From: Hamiltosporidium tvaerminnensis FI-OER-3-3
Taxonomy: Eukaryota > Fungi > Microsporidia
Assembly (NCBI GenBank): GCA_022605425.2
Contig: JAKIMF020000013.1
Location: forward strand, 186,001-250,000
DNA length: 64,000 nt
Reading direction: 5' to 3'
The notes beneath the pieces are model-generated. The model saw only the letters and a list, made by a program, of their open reading frames with translations, did no database searches and was not told the DNA's origin. Made by a program: the position numbers and the translations under genes. Below, one piece after another: positions 12,321 through 25,908 of the stretch (its first letter is position 1; each line of letters starts with the position of its first letter).

Positions 12321-14433
12321 TGTTGAATCTTTAGAATTGCTACTTTTTTATTAGGATAATCCTTAGATTTTTCAAAGCAAACCAAGAGTTGCAAATGTAT
12401 ACATTCGCTTTTGAACCGAACACTATGCAAGCCTCTTCAAAAATCTTTATGAAAGATATATACGTTCTTTATGTACTAAACGCAGATTGATTTTGTTCTT
12501 TACTAATACTGCGCGTATTAAACACTCTAAATTTAAGAATCCGCGAAGTCTCTGTCAAATTACACCTATTGATAGTATAGTAAAGATATTATTTTTGATT
12601 GAAGAATTATAATAAATTAATGTGTGAAATCTCCTGCAATACAGTCTTCTCTTCATTGCTATCAATTTAATCTCATTTCATCCGATACCCTACGTTAAGT
12701 AATTCTTACGTCATGAATTATTCTAAGGCGTTTGTAAACATAAAATCTAACACAGAGACTAGCTGTATTTCAGCAATACGAATGTTAGAGCCAACTTTAT
12801 ATGTTTATTACCAATCTTATATTGTGCACTAAGCCTTTTATCCTTAATATTTTCTACATTCTATTCATTTTTTACAATGAGCTTTCGAATATCAAAGAAC
12901 AATAGATGATTGGTAAAAAGTATGCACTTTCGTTTGTATTTTTACCATGTTTAATTAGTTAAGGTTTTGTCTTAATAAATTAATAGACACGTAAACAACA
13001 ATAATGACTGACTTTTCTTTGCAAATTAATATATCAATCTTCTGCTCATGACATTTTTATGCTCAACCAAATATCAATTTCCATCTTGATATGCTACCTT
13101 AAAAAACTTTAGTAATAATCATGTAAATCAAGGCTTTCGTGCATTTATTCAAATACACATGATCTATTGAATCCCAATATTTTTTAAAATTAATCCAAGT
13201 TGCCTTAAGATTTTTTTAACTATTTATTTAGAATAAAATCGAGCAGTGCCTGCTAGTTCGCTCTTGCAAGTGTTTAACCGCCTAACTGATTATTCGAAGG
13301 TAGCTCCAGTATTGATACCTTATTATGTACTACTTTCGACATTATTTTTGTTATAAATATGCATATCTTGAGATACGGGTAATGGCTCGTAATCATAATC
13401 AGTTGTACGTGTTAAATACACACAGATATTTATACTAAGAGAATATATCACAATTGAGATAAAGATACAAACGGTTTATAAACACTAGTTTTGATATGCT
13501 TATTAACTCACATATATATTTTATCAGGTTTCTTTTTTCTATTGAGATAAGACTTAAGAATCGGTCTTGAAGCTGAAGGCGAGTTTAGAAAATTTACAGA
13601 AATCGTTCAAATTAATTGTTACTTTTTCCAAAGAGTTTTCTATACATCAGAAATATGATTAGAATATGTTAATGTGTTTTGTATACGCAGTAAATCATGA
13701 GTGGGTGAAATTTATCATGTTTGTTTTAAAAAATTTGTTTCAACGAGCATATTTCCTTTATGTTAAAATATTTAATGTGACGTGTCTTAGAGAATTAAAT
13801 CTTGAAAAAAATATGAAAAGAATTCTTCAAGAATCTGAATTATATGACGGAAATAAAAATAAATTTCTAATTGCGTGATTGATTTGCAGATATTTTTGTG
13901 ATATTATTTGATTTATTTAAAATATTATCTGGACCAGCCTCCTATATGCAACCAGAGTTTAAGATCATCAGTTTTAAGAATAGAATAAAGGGTGTTAGGT
14001 CGGGTTTAAATAATTTGAAAGTTCAACTTTTTACATTATATAATGAAGCAATAGAAATTTTAGAGATAAATGACTAAATTAATCGCCAGTATATTCCAAA
14101 GCGTTCCAAAACCTGTTTTTTAGAAGAGAATATATCATATAAAATTATAAAATTAAAATTTATTTAACGAATAATATTCGATTCGAATAAAAAAATTAAA
14201 TTAAAGATAAAATTTAACATAATTTGAATTTTTACAACCAATTAAAATGATTTACATATCAAGACCTCGAATTAAACGCCCAGAATATAAAATTTGTTTA
14301 CTGAATTACATTATCTATGATTTTTATTCGAAAAAAATAGTGTATAATTTTTATAGGAACTATCTAGATTGTATATTTTATCAAAATTATAAATTGGTTT
14401 GTTTTAAAATAAAGAAAAAATATCAATTACTTC

Positions 14434-14790
14434 TCAATAATTATTTTTATCGTCTCCTACAAATTTTATAATTCGTTTTTTTAAAGTTCGTAAACCACCA
14501 GATATAAAGAAAATCGAAATATTACATTTGAGACTATCTATAGAGCCACATGTAATCAAACTATATATAACCTCTTTTGATACATATAAAGGTACTCTAA
14601 ATATACAAATGTTATTTGCGGGAAGATATTCTATCAGAATAAATGTATCCAGTTTAGCTACACCAATTTCACCAAAATTTTGATATAAAAGATCTTTTAT
14701 CAATAGAAATAGAACTTCCTGGGAAAAAATGAAAGTTTTTTGAATATTAAATGTGAATTTAGCAGCAACATATCTAAATTTCTGTCTCAT
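14434..14790 (-). CDS. POP5: RNase P/MRP subunit, Pop5/Rpp14 family
   Basis: N-terminal MRQKFRY, central NFGEIG, C-terminal ISGGLRTLKK; 118 aa fits the family. Confidence 0.75.
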   Translation of the reverse strand: MRQKFRYVAAKFTFNIQKTFIFSQEVLFLLIKDLLYQNFGEIGVAKLDTFILIEYLPANNICIFRVPLYVSKEVIYSLITCGSIDSLKCNISIFFISGGLRTLKKRIIKFVGDDKNNY

Positions 14791-15155
14791 AAAATTGGCT
14801 TTATAACGGTATTGATATATTCATTTATAAATACTATAGATTTAAAAAAAAGCAATAAACCGAGAATATTAAATGATTATCTATTTATTACTATAATTTT
14901 GTTTCTTTATTTAAAAATAAATTCTTATGAGAACTTATGTTTTAAAGTTTAGCAAAAAAAACTAAAAAAATTCGGTTAAATATCTTCTTTTTGGCAAAAA
15001 AACCAAAAAAATGTTCTAAAAAAGAATCACATTAGGATTTTTCTATTTCAATTGGTTTGAAAATGAATTAAAAATGATTTATTGTAGAATTTTTTGATTA
15101 TTTAATTTCAAATGTTTTTTTTTTAAAAAATTTATTATGAATAACCGTTGTAATA

Positions 15156-16700
15156 ATGAGCGATGGTTGGATTCAATTTATAAATGAAAAATTATTTGAA
15201 TGTAAAATTGTTATGAAAGTAGAAAAATATTTGAAAAAATTGATAAATTTAAATAAAATAAATGAGTTTATGGATAATTTATCGGTATATAAAATATTTT
15301 TACTTCATTTGATGAAAAAAAATGTTGTTTTTAAAGAAATTTTATGTTTGAAGCAAAATATTTTTGATATTGAAATTGAAATTTGTGATAAAAAAAGAGT
15401 AAAAACCAATGAAATTACTAATATATTGAGTAAAAAAGTGGAAAACGTTTGTGAATATTTTCATATTTCATACAATCGAATAGAAAAGAAATATTTTATT
15501 GGAATTAAATTAAAAAACAATATTAACTATAAAACGATACAATGTGTTCAAAAAAATGTTCCAAATCAATTTAAAATTCATTTTTTAATCTATGAAAATT
15601 TAAAAGATATTTTTACATTTGAAAAATTCAAATTTAATGAAATATTCTTTACAAAATTGATATTCGAAGATGAAATACAAAAATATAAAGAAATAATCGG
15701 ACATTTAAAATCCATGAAATTACCAATTTCTATTGTTTATGATGAACTTATAAGTTGTATCGGAAGAGGAACCAACATTTCAAATGAAGTTCATGAAAGT
15801 ATTTTACATTTAGAAACTTCCAAAAAATGGCCAGAAAATCAAAAAGCAATTGAATGTGCAAAAACTGCATTTTATTGCCATATTTTTAACAAATCTAAAT
15901 ACAAAAATGTGATTGAAAGAGAATATTTTATTTTAGAATATAAAAGAAGTAAATTTAAATTTAAAATTTCACTTAAAGACGAAGAAATGACAAAAGATAG
16001 AATTTTTAAAGGTTTATATGATTTTATAAAAAAGAAGGACACATTTTTTAAAGAAGGTGTTATCATCGTGAAAAGATATTTAGAATGTCACGGATATTTG
16101 CCTTTAAATTTAACAGACGAAATGATAGAATTAATTTGTTTATCGTTTTCAAATAATTGTAGAAATCCGAATAAAATTTTTATGAATTTTCTTAAATTTG
16201 AATTCAAAGGATTTTGTTGCGATCTTGATAATTCTACATTTAAAGATATCGAAGAGAAACAAATAGAAGTCATATTTAATAAAGATAAGGCAATATTGAT
16301 TTATCCCGAAGAAATTATAGAAAGATTAAAATTTTTAAATTCTTTGACTTTGAAAAATAATATTTTTGGATTTAATTTATCATTTGAAATATTTGGAGAC
16401 AAAATTCTATTTCCTTCATTAGAAGATTATGATTTTGTATTGAGCATGTTAGAGAGAAGTGGTTTTAGTAAAATTGGAAATAAAATTGGTAATCAATTTA
16501 TGCTCAAAGAACCAATTTCAACGTCTATCATATTTCCTACTGATTTTTTTCATGATTTAAATAACTTTGGATACTTTTTCTACTCACCAAATTATAAAAT
16601 TCTTATGGTGAAATCTAAAAATAATTTTGAAGTCGATTTACTTTGTAATTTAATTCTAGCAAGAACTTCATTTCAATTTATTAAATTTTTCGAGGTTTAA
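15156..16700 (+). CDS. UTP22: Nrap/U3 snoRNA-associated protein 22-like, reduced
   Basis: LETSKKWPENQKAIECAKTAF matches the Nrap E-S-x-KWP...AI..K.AF motif; also KRYL..H and EMIELI. Confidence 0.7.
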   Translation: MSDGWIQFINEKLFECKIVMKVEKYLKKLINLNKINEFMDNLSVYKIFLLHLMKKNVVFKEILCLKQNIFDIEIEICDKKRVKTNEITNILSKKVENVCEYFHISYNRIEKKYFIGIKLKNNINYKTIQCVQKNVPNQFKIHFLIYENLKDIFTFEKFKFNEIFFTKLIFEDEIQKYKEIIGHLKSMKLPISIVYDELISCIGRGTNISNEVHESILHLETSKKWPENQKAIECAKTAFYCHIFNKSKYKNVIEREYFILEYKRSKFKFKISLKDEEMTKDRIFKGLYDFIKKKDTFFKEGVIIVKRYLECHGYLPLNLTDEMIELICLSFSNNCRNPNKIFMNFLKFEFKGFCCDLDNSTFKDIEEKQIEVIFNKDKAILIYPEEIIERLKFLNSLTLKNNIFGFNLSFEIFGDKILFPSLEDYDFVLSMLERSGFSKIGNKIGNQFMLKEPISTSIIFPTDFFHDLNNFGYFFYSPNYKILMVKSKNNFEVDLLCNLILARTSFQFIKFFEV

Positions 16701-16818
16701 TGATTTCTAACTGATTCGAGTCAATAATAAAACCTTTGGATTATAAATTTTTAAAAATTCATTTTTTTTTAACTTTTTATAAATTTCATATCAAAAATAT
16801 TCGTTATCCCTTTATTAA

Positions 16819-18018
16819 ATGAAAAGAATAAAAAATATAGAAACACCATTTATTTTAAATTTTTATACCTCTTTGAATGTAAAAACATTAAATTTTAATG
16901 ATTTTAATGATTTTGTAACTAAAAGATTGAAGACATTACGAAGAATCGAATCTTCATTAACAGATTTAAGATTGTTGGATATTAAAGATGCAATGGAAGA
17001 TAATTTATCACATTTTTTATGTCGGTTGGTATGTTCACAGGCAATGTGGAGCTTAATATGGTTTGTAAATCATGAAACAAAACTTTTTGAATTGAAAATG
17101 CAATCGTTAAATGACAATCAAATTACGGATTTCTTTTTCAATAAATTTATTTTATATTTGAAGAATCTACAAATAAACGGTGAAATATTACAAATTAATA
17201 AAAATTCTGAATTATCAGATCAAAAAATGACAGAAATTCGAGTTCCTAGAAATGGCAAAATATATTTTTCTAAAATACATGATTTGATAGCAAATAGAAG
17301 GGTAGATATTATAAAAGGATACACTGATCTAAATATCGATACAATAAAATCATTTATGGTCAACGAATTTAGAAATTTTTTAGAAAATAAAATGAATTCC
17401 TTGTATTTGCAAATGCTGAGAGAACCTGATGAAAGATTTTTTCATATTTTTAAACTTCATTTTGTTCAACCAAACCCAGTAATTTCGGAATTTTCCAGTT
17501 TGAAAGAAAATGAAACATTCTTTCCTCCTTGTATGTTTGGAATAATGAAAAGACTTACCTCTACCAAGCATTTGAAATACAATGATAGACAATCTTTAAT
17601 TTTATTTTTAAAAGGAATCGGCATGCCAGTAGAAAAAACAATTGAATTTTTAAGAAATTCATTCAATTTAGATAACGAAGTATTTAATAAAGAATATTTA
17701 TATTCAATCAGACACAATTATGGTTTAGAAGGAAAAAGAGCTAATTATCCACCATACACGTGTTCAAAGATGGGAAGTTTATGTAATAACAATTCTGTGG
17801 GATGTCCTTTTTTAGGAGATAAAACTTATGTAAAAGACTTTTTAAATGTTAAAAATATTAATTTAGATTTGGAAGATTTAATTAAAAGCCATCCTGGACA
17901 AAAAGCCTGTAGCAAAATATTAAATGTATTGATTGAACAAGAAGCTGAACCATTGATCACATCACCAGTCAATTTTTATAATTTGTTTAAAAACAAAAAC
18001 AATAAAAACGTAGAATAA
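16819..18018 (+). CDS. PRI2: DNA primase large subunit
   Basis: SHFLCRL, FPPCM, HLKY..R, YSIRHNYGLEGKRANYPPYTC and GCPF motifs; four Fe-S cysteines; CCC upstream of the ATG. Confidence 0.95.
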   Translation: MKRIKNIETPFILNFYTSLNVKTLNFNDFNDFVTKRLKTLRRIESSLTDLRLLDIKDAMEDNLSHFLCRLVCSQAMWSLIWFVNHETKLFELKMQSLNDNQITDFFFNKFILYLKNLQINGEILQINKNSELSDQKMTEIRVPRNGKIYFSKIHDLIANRRVDIIKGYTDLNIDTIKSFMVNEFRNFLENKMNSLYLQMLREPDERFFHIFKLHFVQPNPVISEFSSLKENETFFPPCMFGIMKRLTSTKHLKYNDRQSLILFLKGIGMPVEKTIEFLRNSFNLDNEVFNKEYLYSIRHNYGLEGKRANYPPYTCSKMGSLCNNNSVGCPFLGDKTYVKDFLNVKNINLDLEDLIKSHPGQKACSKILNVLIEQEAEPLITSPVNFYNLFKNKNNKNVE

Positions 18019-18479
18019 TTTTTACGTTGCTCATTTTCTCAGTTAAAGCTATAAAGATAAATAAAAATTATAAATTTTATTTTTTAGCATTTTAATTCGA
18101 TCAAACTTTTCTCCTTTTAACTTATGAGTTACATATGTCAACTTCCAAGTTTCTTTGGAATTATACTTACATATTCCAGTCTCCTTATATCCCTAAGTGT
18201 TTAGGATAAAAAGATGGAACGCAACTGTTTTCTTTCGCACTTCGATAGTACTTGCATTTCTTTGGTCTGTTCTTCTTTCATGGAAAGTCGATTTTAAAGA
18301 GTCAGGTTTTTCAACATCCATAATTTATCGTATTTCTCCGTCAACTCTCATACTTTTATATTACATGAGAAATATTCGGATTCACAGCCAAGCATTTTAT
18401 TTCACAAACATTTCCTGAATTTTTCTTTGCTTCGTTTAATCTGTTGATATTCACGATTATAGAAAAATTTCACATAGGC

Positions 18480-18581
18480 ACAGTATGGTTTATATCTAAC
18501 AAAAACTATAAAACGATTCTAAATCAAGTTGCACGCTCTTTACCAAACAGATAGTTTTTAATGTGATTATCCTTTCACCAC
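18480..18581 (-). repeat. Shared SINE 5' head joined to a different downstream sequence
   Basis: Reverse complement reads gtggtgaaaggataatcacattaaaaactatctgtttggtaaag...gatataaaccatactg. Confidence 0.65.
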
Positions 18582-18585
18582 CCTT

Positions 18586-18650
18586 TACTTACTTACTTAC
18601 TATTCCAATCCTCTTATACCTCTCGATTTTGAGGTCCACTATTTACTATA
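18586..18650 (-). repeat. 3' tail fragment of the short SINE with (TAAG)n
   Basis: Reverse complement reads ggacctcaaaatcgagaggtataagaggattggaatagtaagtaagtaagta. Confidence 0.6.
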
Positions 18651-18690
18651 AATAACTAAATAATTTGTAAAAAATGAATCTTATAAATTA

Positions 18691-18959
18691 CTTTATTTAA
18701 AAGTATCACATCTTTTTAAAATAGTGGCAAGTGTTATATTTGTTTTCATGACATTAACGAACACCAGGCAACTGCCTCGCCTAGTAATTAAGTTCTACAC
18801 ACCTAGTAGATGAAAGGCTTTGGGACGTAGGTATTGCAGGGGTTACCGATGGGGTTTTGGGGTAGCAGTCATTTATGTTAAACATAGAACTGCGTTAATC
18901 TCATGAAAACAAATATAAAAATTGCCACTGTTTTAAAAGGAGTACAGTTTTAAATGAAG
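18691..18959. mobile_element. Fold-back (inverted-tail) derivative of the long retroposon
   Basis: 18691-18759 is the reverse complement of the element's 3' tail, joined at gacattaacg to a forward copy of the 3' ~210 nt. Confidence 0.85.
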
Positions 18960-20081
18960 TTTTATTTGGATTCTTTAGTAAAATTATTCTTTTTGGTATT
19001 TATTTCTTTTTTGCCTTCTTTCAGAAATTATTATCATCAATCATACAAAGTGCATAATTTCTATGTATTCACCGGAACATATAGTTCTGTAGTTGAAATA
19101 AATTATTCCTTGTTTTTGAACATATATAATTTTTTGATCTTAATAATCTATGACAAAAATCCACGATTTTAGGATATTAAATATCATCATTAAGAAATTA
19201 ATTAAACGAGTTTGCAACAATTTATATAATCATGAACGATAAATATTTTCACTCATTAAATATTGCTTGCTTTGATTAAACTAATTTCGCAAAAAAGATG
19301 CTTAGGTAATAGTAATACTATCATATTTTTTCTGGTGATTTTTTATACGCTTGTCATTAATACAAACGTACTATCAATAAAATTTTTTTTAAAATAATCT
19401 TAGCTACTCTTTTTTATTTGGTTTAAATAAAATCTATATATGAGGAAAAGTTGCCAATAATGTTTAAAAATCTTTTAAACTATATTAAATGGCTACCAAG
19501 GTTCTTCATTAATCAAGAAAAGATATTCATTTTACTTCTAATACTAAAATTTATGGGCTTGGACTCCAAGCAGATTTGGATTTCTTAAACAGGGTATAAT
19601 AAGAGAATCAAATATTTTTAAAATGGTTAATAAAATTATAGTTAATTTTTAACTTAAAAAGTGTAAAAAATTTTGATCAAAAAAATTAAATGTCTTTTTA
19701 CTCAAATTGTAGAGCAAATTTTAAGATTTTGTTTTATTTCGTTATGTTTGACATACTTATTGTAAATAAGTAAATTAATTGCCTCGTATTATGGAGGTCA
19801 CATCAAAGCATAGCTCAAATCAAAAAAAAACTCTGATCTTTACCAAATTTAAAAACCAAACAAAAATATTATTTTAATGCAATATCTAGATTTTTTGCTA
19901 TATAATTCAATATTTATGAATATTATGAGAAGCTTTGCTGCTACAATAAAGAAAAATATTGGTTTACTATGATGTCATTTGTCTTGTATACGACTTTTAT
20001 AGTTTCTAATTTTGATTTGAATTTTTTTATCTGCGTTTGATCAATGTATATGAAATTTGATGTAACCTTTAATTAAATTAA

Positions 20082-20802
20082 CTTTATTTAAAAGTATCAC
20101 ATCTTTTTTTAAAACAGTGGCAAGTGTTAGATTTGTTTTCATGACATTAACGCCGTTCTAGGTTTAACATAAATAATTGCTACCCAAAAACTTCATCGGT
20201 AACCCCTGCGATACCTACGTTCCAAAGCCTTACATCTACCAGGTGTGTAGAACCTAATTACTAGGCGAGGCAGTTGCCCGGAGTTCGTTAATGTCCGTTG
20301 CATGGAGTGTGATCGAAGCCCCTTTGGGCTCCCCCAAGACTATGCAGCATTCCCACTTACTCTACACTTTCTGAACCCAATAAACTTCTAGCTAAGATAT
20401 ATTTCAGAGATTTACATGGAGTCCACCTAGACAGTGCAATGTCATACCAACAGGTATAACCTGCTACTTAGCTCTCCCGGCTTTTAATAGTTTTTATTTT
20501 TATATATCCTAGGCGCTAGGTCTTCTAACCCGAGTGAGCAAGGCTAGATTTCCATGTTTTTACATGGCAAATTCCTACATGTTCAGCTGCGGTCTGCAAT
20601 CTGGTTACATAAAAAACTACAAATAAATTTGTGGAAAAAGTTTCTCCATTTCTTAGACCTCTCCTCCTCATACAAACTCCCATGGAACAACCGAAGATGT
20701 AGTGTGGTTTTATTCCACCAAAAATCCAAACAATGATCTCACACCAGTTTCACACACTCATTGTCAAGCAGAAAGTTTTTTATGTGGTTATCCTCTCTCC
20801 AC
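20082..20802 (-). mobile_element. Long structured non-coding retroposon, copy 2
   Basis: Reverse complement of copies 1 and 3 from gtggagagaggataaccac to cttttaaataaag. Only a weak possible TSD. Confidence 0.9.
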
Positions 20803-21096
20803 TTAAAATATCTACATATTTTTAAAAATTTAAATCAAATTTATAAGTAACTATTCTATTTGGATATTATTATAGCATTAACATATACAGTAGAAATATA
20901 GCTAATAATAACTATAAATTACGTTAATTTTGGTGTTTTTCGAACTTAGGAACCGAAATCATCTACGAAAATTTATGTTCTTGTTGTCTTTGGAAATATA
21001 AATTTTGAAAAATTTTAAATTTATTACAATTACGATCCTCCTTCATCTTTTTTTCTCATAAAAAATATTTTAATTCATATTTTTAGAAAACCCAAA

Positions 21097-21654
21097 ATGG
21101 CTGATGAAAATGAACCGACATTTGGTTTTGAATCTTTTATAAAAGAAAAACTGAATTTAAAAGAATTTGATGATATATATTGTATTCCCTACCAAAAAAA
21201 TTTATGTTTTAATAAAAATTGTACAAAAGTACATATAAAATTGGAAAAAGCTGTTGTTTGTAAACATTGGTTAAGAGGATTGTGTAAAAAAGGCATCCAA
21301 TGTGAATTTTTACATGAATATAATCTCAAAAAAATGCCAGAATGTTGGTTTTTTAGTAAATATGGAGAATGCTCTAATCCAGAATGTACGTTTCTTCATA
21401 TTGATCCAAATTCTCGTAGTAAAGAATGTTTATGGTATAAAAGAGGGTTTTGCAGACATGGAGCTATGTGCCGAAACAGACATATCAAAAAGAAACTTTG
21501 TTTTTCTTATTTCTTTGGGCTTTGTCTCGCTGGTCCTCTTTGTGAACTTGGACATCCAAAATATGACATACCTAATCCAGAAGAACAACGTGCTGTTCAA
21601 GAAAAAGATATAATATATCGTCCCAAAAATCTGGTTGCCGATAATCTCGATTAA
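21097..21654 (+). CDS. YTH1: Cleavage and polyadenylation factor CPSF30/Yth1
   Basis: VVCKHWLRGLCKKG..CEFLHEYNL.KMPEC.FFSKYGEC; five CCCH fingers; CCC upstream of the ATG. Confidence 0.95.
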   Translation: MADENEPTFGFESFIKEKLNLKEFDDIYCIPYQKNLCFNKNCTKVHIKLEKAVVCKHWLRGLCKKGIQCEFLHEYNLKKMPECWFFSKYGECSNPECTFLHIDPNSRSKECLWYKRGFCRHGAMCRNRHIKKKLCFSYFFGLCLAGPLCELGHPKYDIPNPEEQRAVQEKDIIYRPKNLVADNLD

Positions 21655-24600
21655 TATTGCTATGTTTATATTCAACTAAATAAATATCAAGTAAAATTAT
21701 AGATTATTTATTTTCGAATTTCATTGATGAATTTATTTCTAAGTCTTTTTAGTTAACTTTTTTTTAAATATATTTTCTATGTAACACCGACTTTTCTGCA
21801 AGCAAGTGACATGTTTTTTTACATCATATTATTAGTATTACTGCTTATGAATTCGTATTTGGATTGTTTGATTGATCAAATTTATATTCAGGATTTATTA
21901 TATTATTTAGTTGAGACTTCCACCTTAAATCGAGATAGAACAATCATACTATATAAAATGAAAAAAGTCGTAGTAAATTTAATGTGAGTTCTGCGGGCAA
22001 GGATTTCGTCCTACCACTTTTGTTAATTTTCTATAATATAGCCAGGGTTCGACGCAAGAAGTCTTTTTTTATATATCTAAATAAGTCTATTATGTAAATT
22101 CTAAAAACCATTTATTTTATGGATATTTTAATATTTATTGAACTTCAGATTCCGTTTTGCTTTACAGGAGACCTTTTAAATTTTGCTATCTTAAGTATCT
22201 GGGACTGATTTTGACAATAGTATTTTGCAGAATTACAGCAATTTATCATTCTATGGTTTTTATTTTGAATATTTCAGTCAAAAATTAAACTATTTATAGT
22301 GAGTATACTCACAATTTATAAAAAGTTAAAACACATTCACTCACTAGATATTACCGACTTTGATCAAATCACTTGGTTGTTTATTTTATATGTTTGATAT
22401 TTCTGCAGTTTAATAGACGTTCTGTAAGATATTTGCTTACAAACTATGGTTTTATAAATACCATACTAAATAATTTTTCTTTCCAATTCAGACCTATACC
22501 GGCTATGGTCTCGTTTTGGTATTTTTTTGGAGCTTAAATATAATTTTCGCGAATTTTAACTATAGGATTATTTTACTTAATTTGAAAGACTTTTCTCGTG
22601 ATTTATATTCATATTTTTATTTTTTGATAATAATTCGAAACATTATAGTTATTGATAGATTTCAAATGATCTTAATATCGTATAAAAATTATATTAAAGA
22701 TCTGTAACATCTAATTTTAATCAATTTACATAAAATAAGAATATGATATGCACAATGTATTAGTGAAAAAATATATTAAATAACTTTTAATAGACAAAAT
22801 AATTTATAAAAAATATAAAATATTTAAATACGATCATTTAATTTATGTTAGTTTCAATGTTAGGGTTAACTTAAATGTTTTTAGAAACCCAGAATATTGA
22901 AAAAAGTCTTAAATATAAAATCATTTACACACAATATTTTTATTTTGTTTGATTAATCTTTTTTAATCAATAAATCATTATTTTACACCTACCTTGCAAT
23001 AGATTTGTTTTTATATCATATTTTAAGATATTACTTATTTGTAATCTTTGTATCTTATTACCAACTAAATATTCTATTGCAATTCTTAGTAACATTTTTG
23101 TCTTTTATTAATATAATTTCATATTTTATGAACAGTAAGTTTATTTACAATAACTTTAAGCTTTGTCTGTTCCATTGAATGAATAAAATACTATTTTGAT
23201 GTCTCTTGATCTATTAATAAGTAAACATTAATTTTTGTATCAATATTTGCGCGTTAAGCTCAAATATTATCAATCCAAGTCTTTATGATACCGTTTAATA
23301 ACTCAATTGCTTTTTCACAGTAAAGAAGATTAAATGGATCTAAAAAAGTAAATATAGAGTACTGTTAATAGATACAAGGCAGATTTCTAAGTTTTACCAT
23401 CGTCCAGAAAATCTACAATAATCCATCTGTTTGTGAAAATATCTCTTTAATTACTCTTTTGCCATAATAACATACAAATATAAAAATAGTACGATTTTTT
23501 TTGCTAATTACTAATTCAAAAATGCCAACTTCTTTGATTAAAACAATATGGTAAGTTTGGAAACAAAATTTATTGTATTTTAAATCCAATTCTATCCAAA
23601 TAAATATTTTATTCAGATTAAAATGTATATTCGAGGGTTGAGATTTTTCCAAATGAATAAAAATCATTATAGTTTTTTTGGTTAGAGACTAGCTTCCGTT
23701 TTTAGCTTTATCTTTAGTTTATATTAAAGTTTGTGTACCTTGTCTCTGTTGATATTTAAAATTGTAATTATAACTCTTTCGTTTGATTAAAGACGCAAGA
23801 GGTTATTATGATATGATTACTCGTCAAAAACTCTGTTATAGATTCAGAATATATTAAGTTTTGCCTCAATTCTAATCTATAATATAAAAATATCATTTTA
23901 GCGATTTTTAGAAGAGATAAAAATCACAATAATTCCAGCATCGAAACATAAATTAAACATTGCTTATAATAAATTTTTTCCCGAATATTTTATGAGGCCT
24001 TACTTTTTTAATATTGTTTCACAATGTAGACCAAAAACTTACAATTTCATCAAGAGTAGTGAAATACACCGATTTAGAATTATAAAATATTCGAGACAAA
24101 TGGAAACCTTAATTAATTATTCAAATATTTTTTTAATAAGTGTAGGCAAATTACACATATCATTTTCCTTGAAATAAATCCAAAGATTGGTTATATAAGT
24201 AAAACCTAGGCATTATGATATTTTTTGTTTATATAGAATTTAAATAAGCATTTTTTTAGGTGAGATTATTGAAAAGGTGTCCGTTTTATTTGGTTTTTAA
24301 GTTGTTTGAAAAAAAGAAAACTTTAAATATTTTCATGTATAAATTCTACGCTGATTTCTTTTGAAATAGACATAAAGTTCTTTTATATACTGATTGAACT
24401 CAAATGAACGCGAAATATAAAAATGATTGCTATGTCTAATTGTTATACATATGTGAAACATGTAAAGCCAGTACCTAATACACAGATAAATACTTTTTTT
24501 ATTACCTATACTACTTTGAGTCAAAAAATTCTATCGTTTTTGCACGCAATCTATATGATTTTACCTTTGATTTTTGTCGATATACTTTCTTTGAGGATAC

Positions 24601-25109
24601 CTAAATTAGTTTTTTTACAATTAGCAAGATTAAAAACAAGATATATTTGCTATAAAAACATTAACCAATCTCTTCTGATCTTTTTTTTTGTAATATTAGG
24701 GCTCAAGCTTTTTAAAATATGACTATGGTTAGTACTTAATAGTTTCATATTATAATGTCATAAAATCTATTTAAATTTTTTGAGAATATTTTATATTATT
24801 TATTTCAGAATAAAAAATAATATATTCGAGTATTTCTCGTTTAGCTGCTCTTAGCCAGCTAAGTTTGTCAGTTAGACTATTACCACTTCAGGTAAAATAG
24901 AATTAGTACAGATATTAACTAGACCCTGCAATTTTTCTGAAATAAAAATATCTAAAGTCAAAATTAGAAATAAGGCCAATATGATTCTAACATTAAGATA
25001 AATAGTTATATGTTTTTAAACTATTATGCAAAAAGTATTTTGATGGTATTTCGAAGAAAGTTGTTCTCGTTTTTCTTTCATATTTACCCATATTCATAAT
25101 TTTTAATTT

Positions 25110-25220
25110 ATATATCTTACTTATTATTTTTTCTATCTTACTTCATCATTTTTTCTATCTTGCTTCATTATTTTTCCTATCTTACTTATTATTTTTTCTA
25201 TCTTACTTCATTATTTTTTT
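25110..25220. repeat. ~20-22 bp tandem repeat (ttctatcttacttcattatttt)
   Basis: About five imperfect copies are visible. Confidence 0.75.
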
Positions 25221-25908
25221 TCACGGATTTCATTTTTATATATTATTCTTGCAAAGAAACTTCTCAATAATAAAAAAACAAGACATACTTTTTATAAAAA
25301 ATTTACATAAATTATACCCACTTCTTAGTGAATATTTAAATTATTCATACATTTTGAAAAAAATTAAAAATCATTAAAATCCCTTTATAGAACATTAACT
25401 GTAAATAGCCATAATATTTAGCAAGTAATGTATATATTTAACAAATAATTACGTATTAAAGTATAAGAAAACAGTAAAAAATTATTAAAAAAAACAATTT
25501 AAATCAGAATTATTTGATGAAAAATTCAAAGAAATTTTAGAGCAGAAATTTTTTAAAAACGCAATAAAAGTTTCACTACACTAACATATTTTATTATTCA
25601 TGGTTAAATTTTATTTTATTTACAAACCAAAAACCACACATGTACCATTTTTTTATTACTTCTTGTTTAAATTTCATTTTATTTACAAACCAAAAAAAAA
25701 CCTTTAAACCAAAAGTGTACCATTTTTTTATTACTTCTTGTTTAAATCGAAATAAATTTAAATTTTAAGATCAAATTTATATTTTTTTTAAAGAAAATCT
25801 GCATGAACAACATTTATTGTAAACTTCTTCCAACTGTGAAATATTTATAAACTCACTAAAACTCAATTTTTTACTTTTACATTTTCACAAACAAATCAAA
25901 TATTACCA

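Noticed and set aside
21800-24800. Possible decayed LRR-family gene on the minus strand
   Set aside because: Composition is suggestive, but no diagnostic motif or long frame could be recovered by eye.
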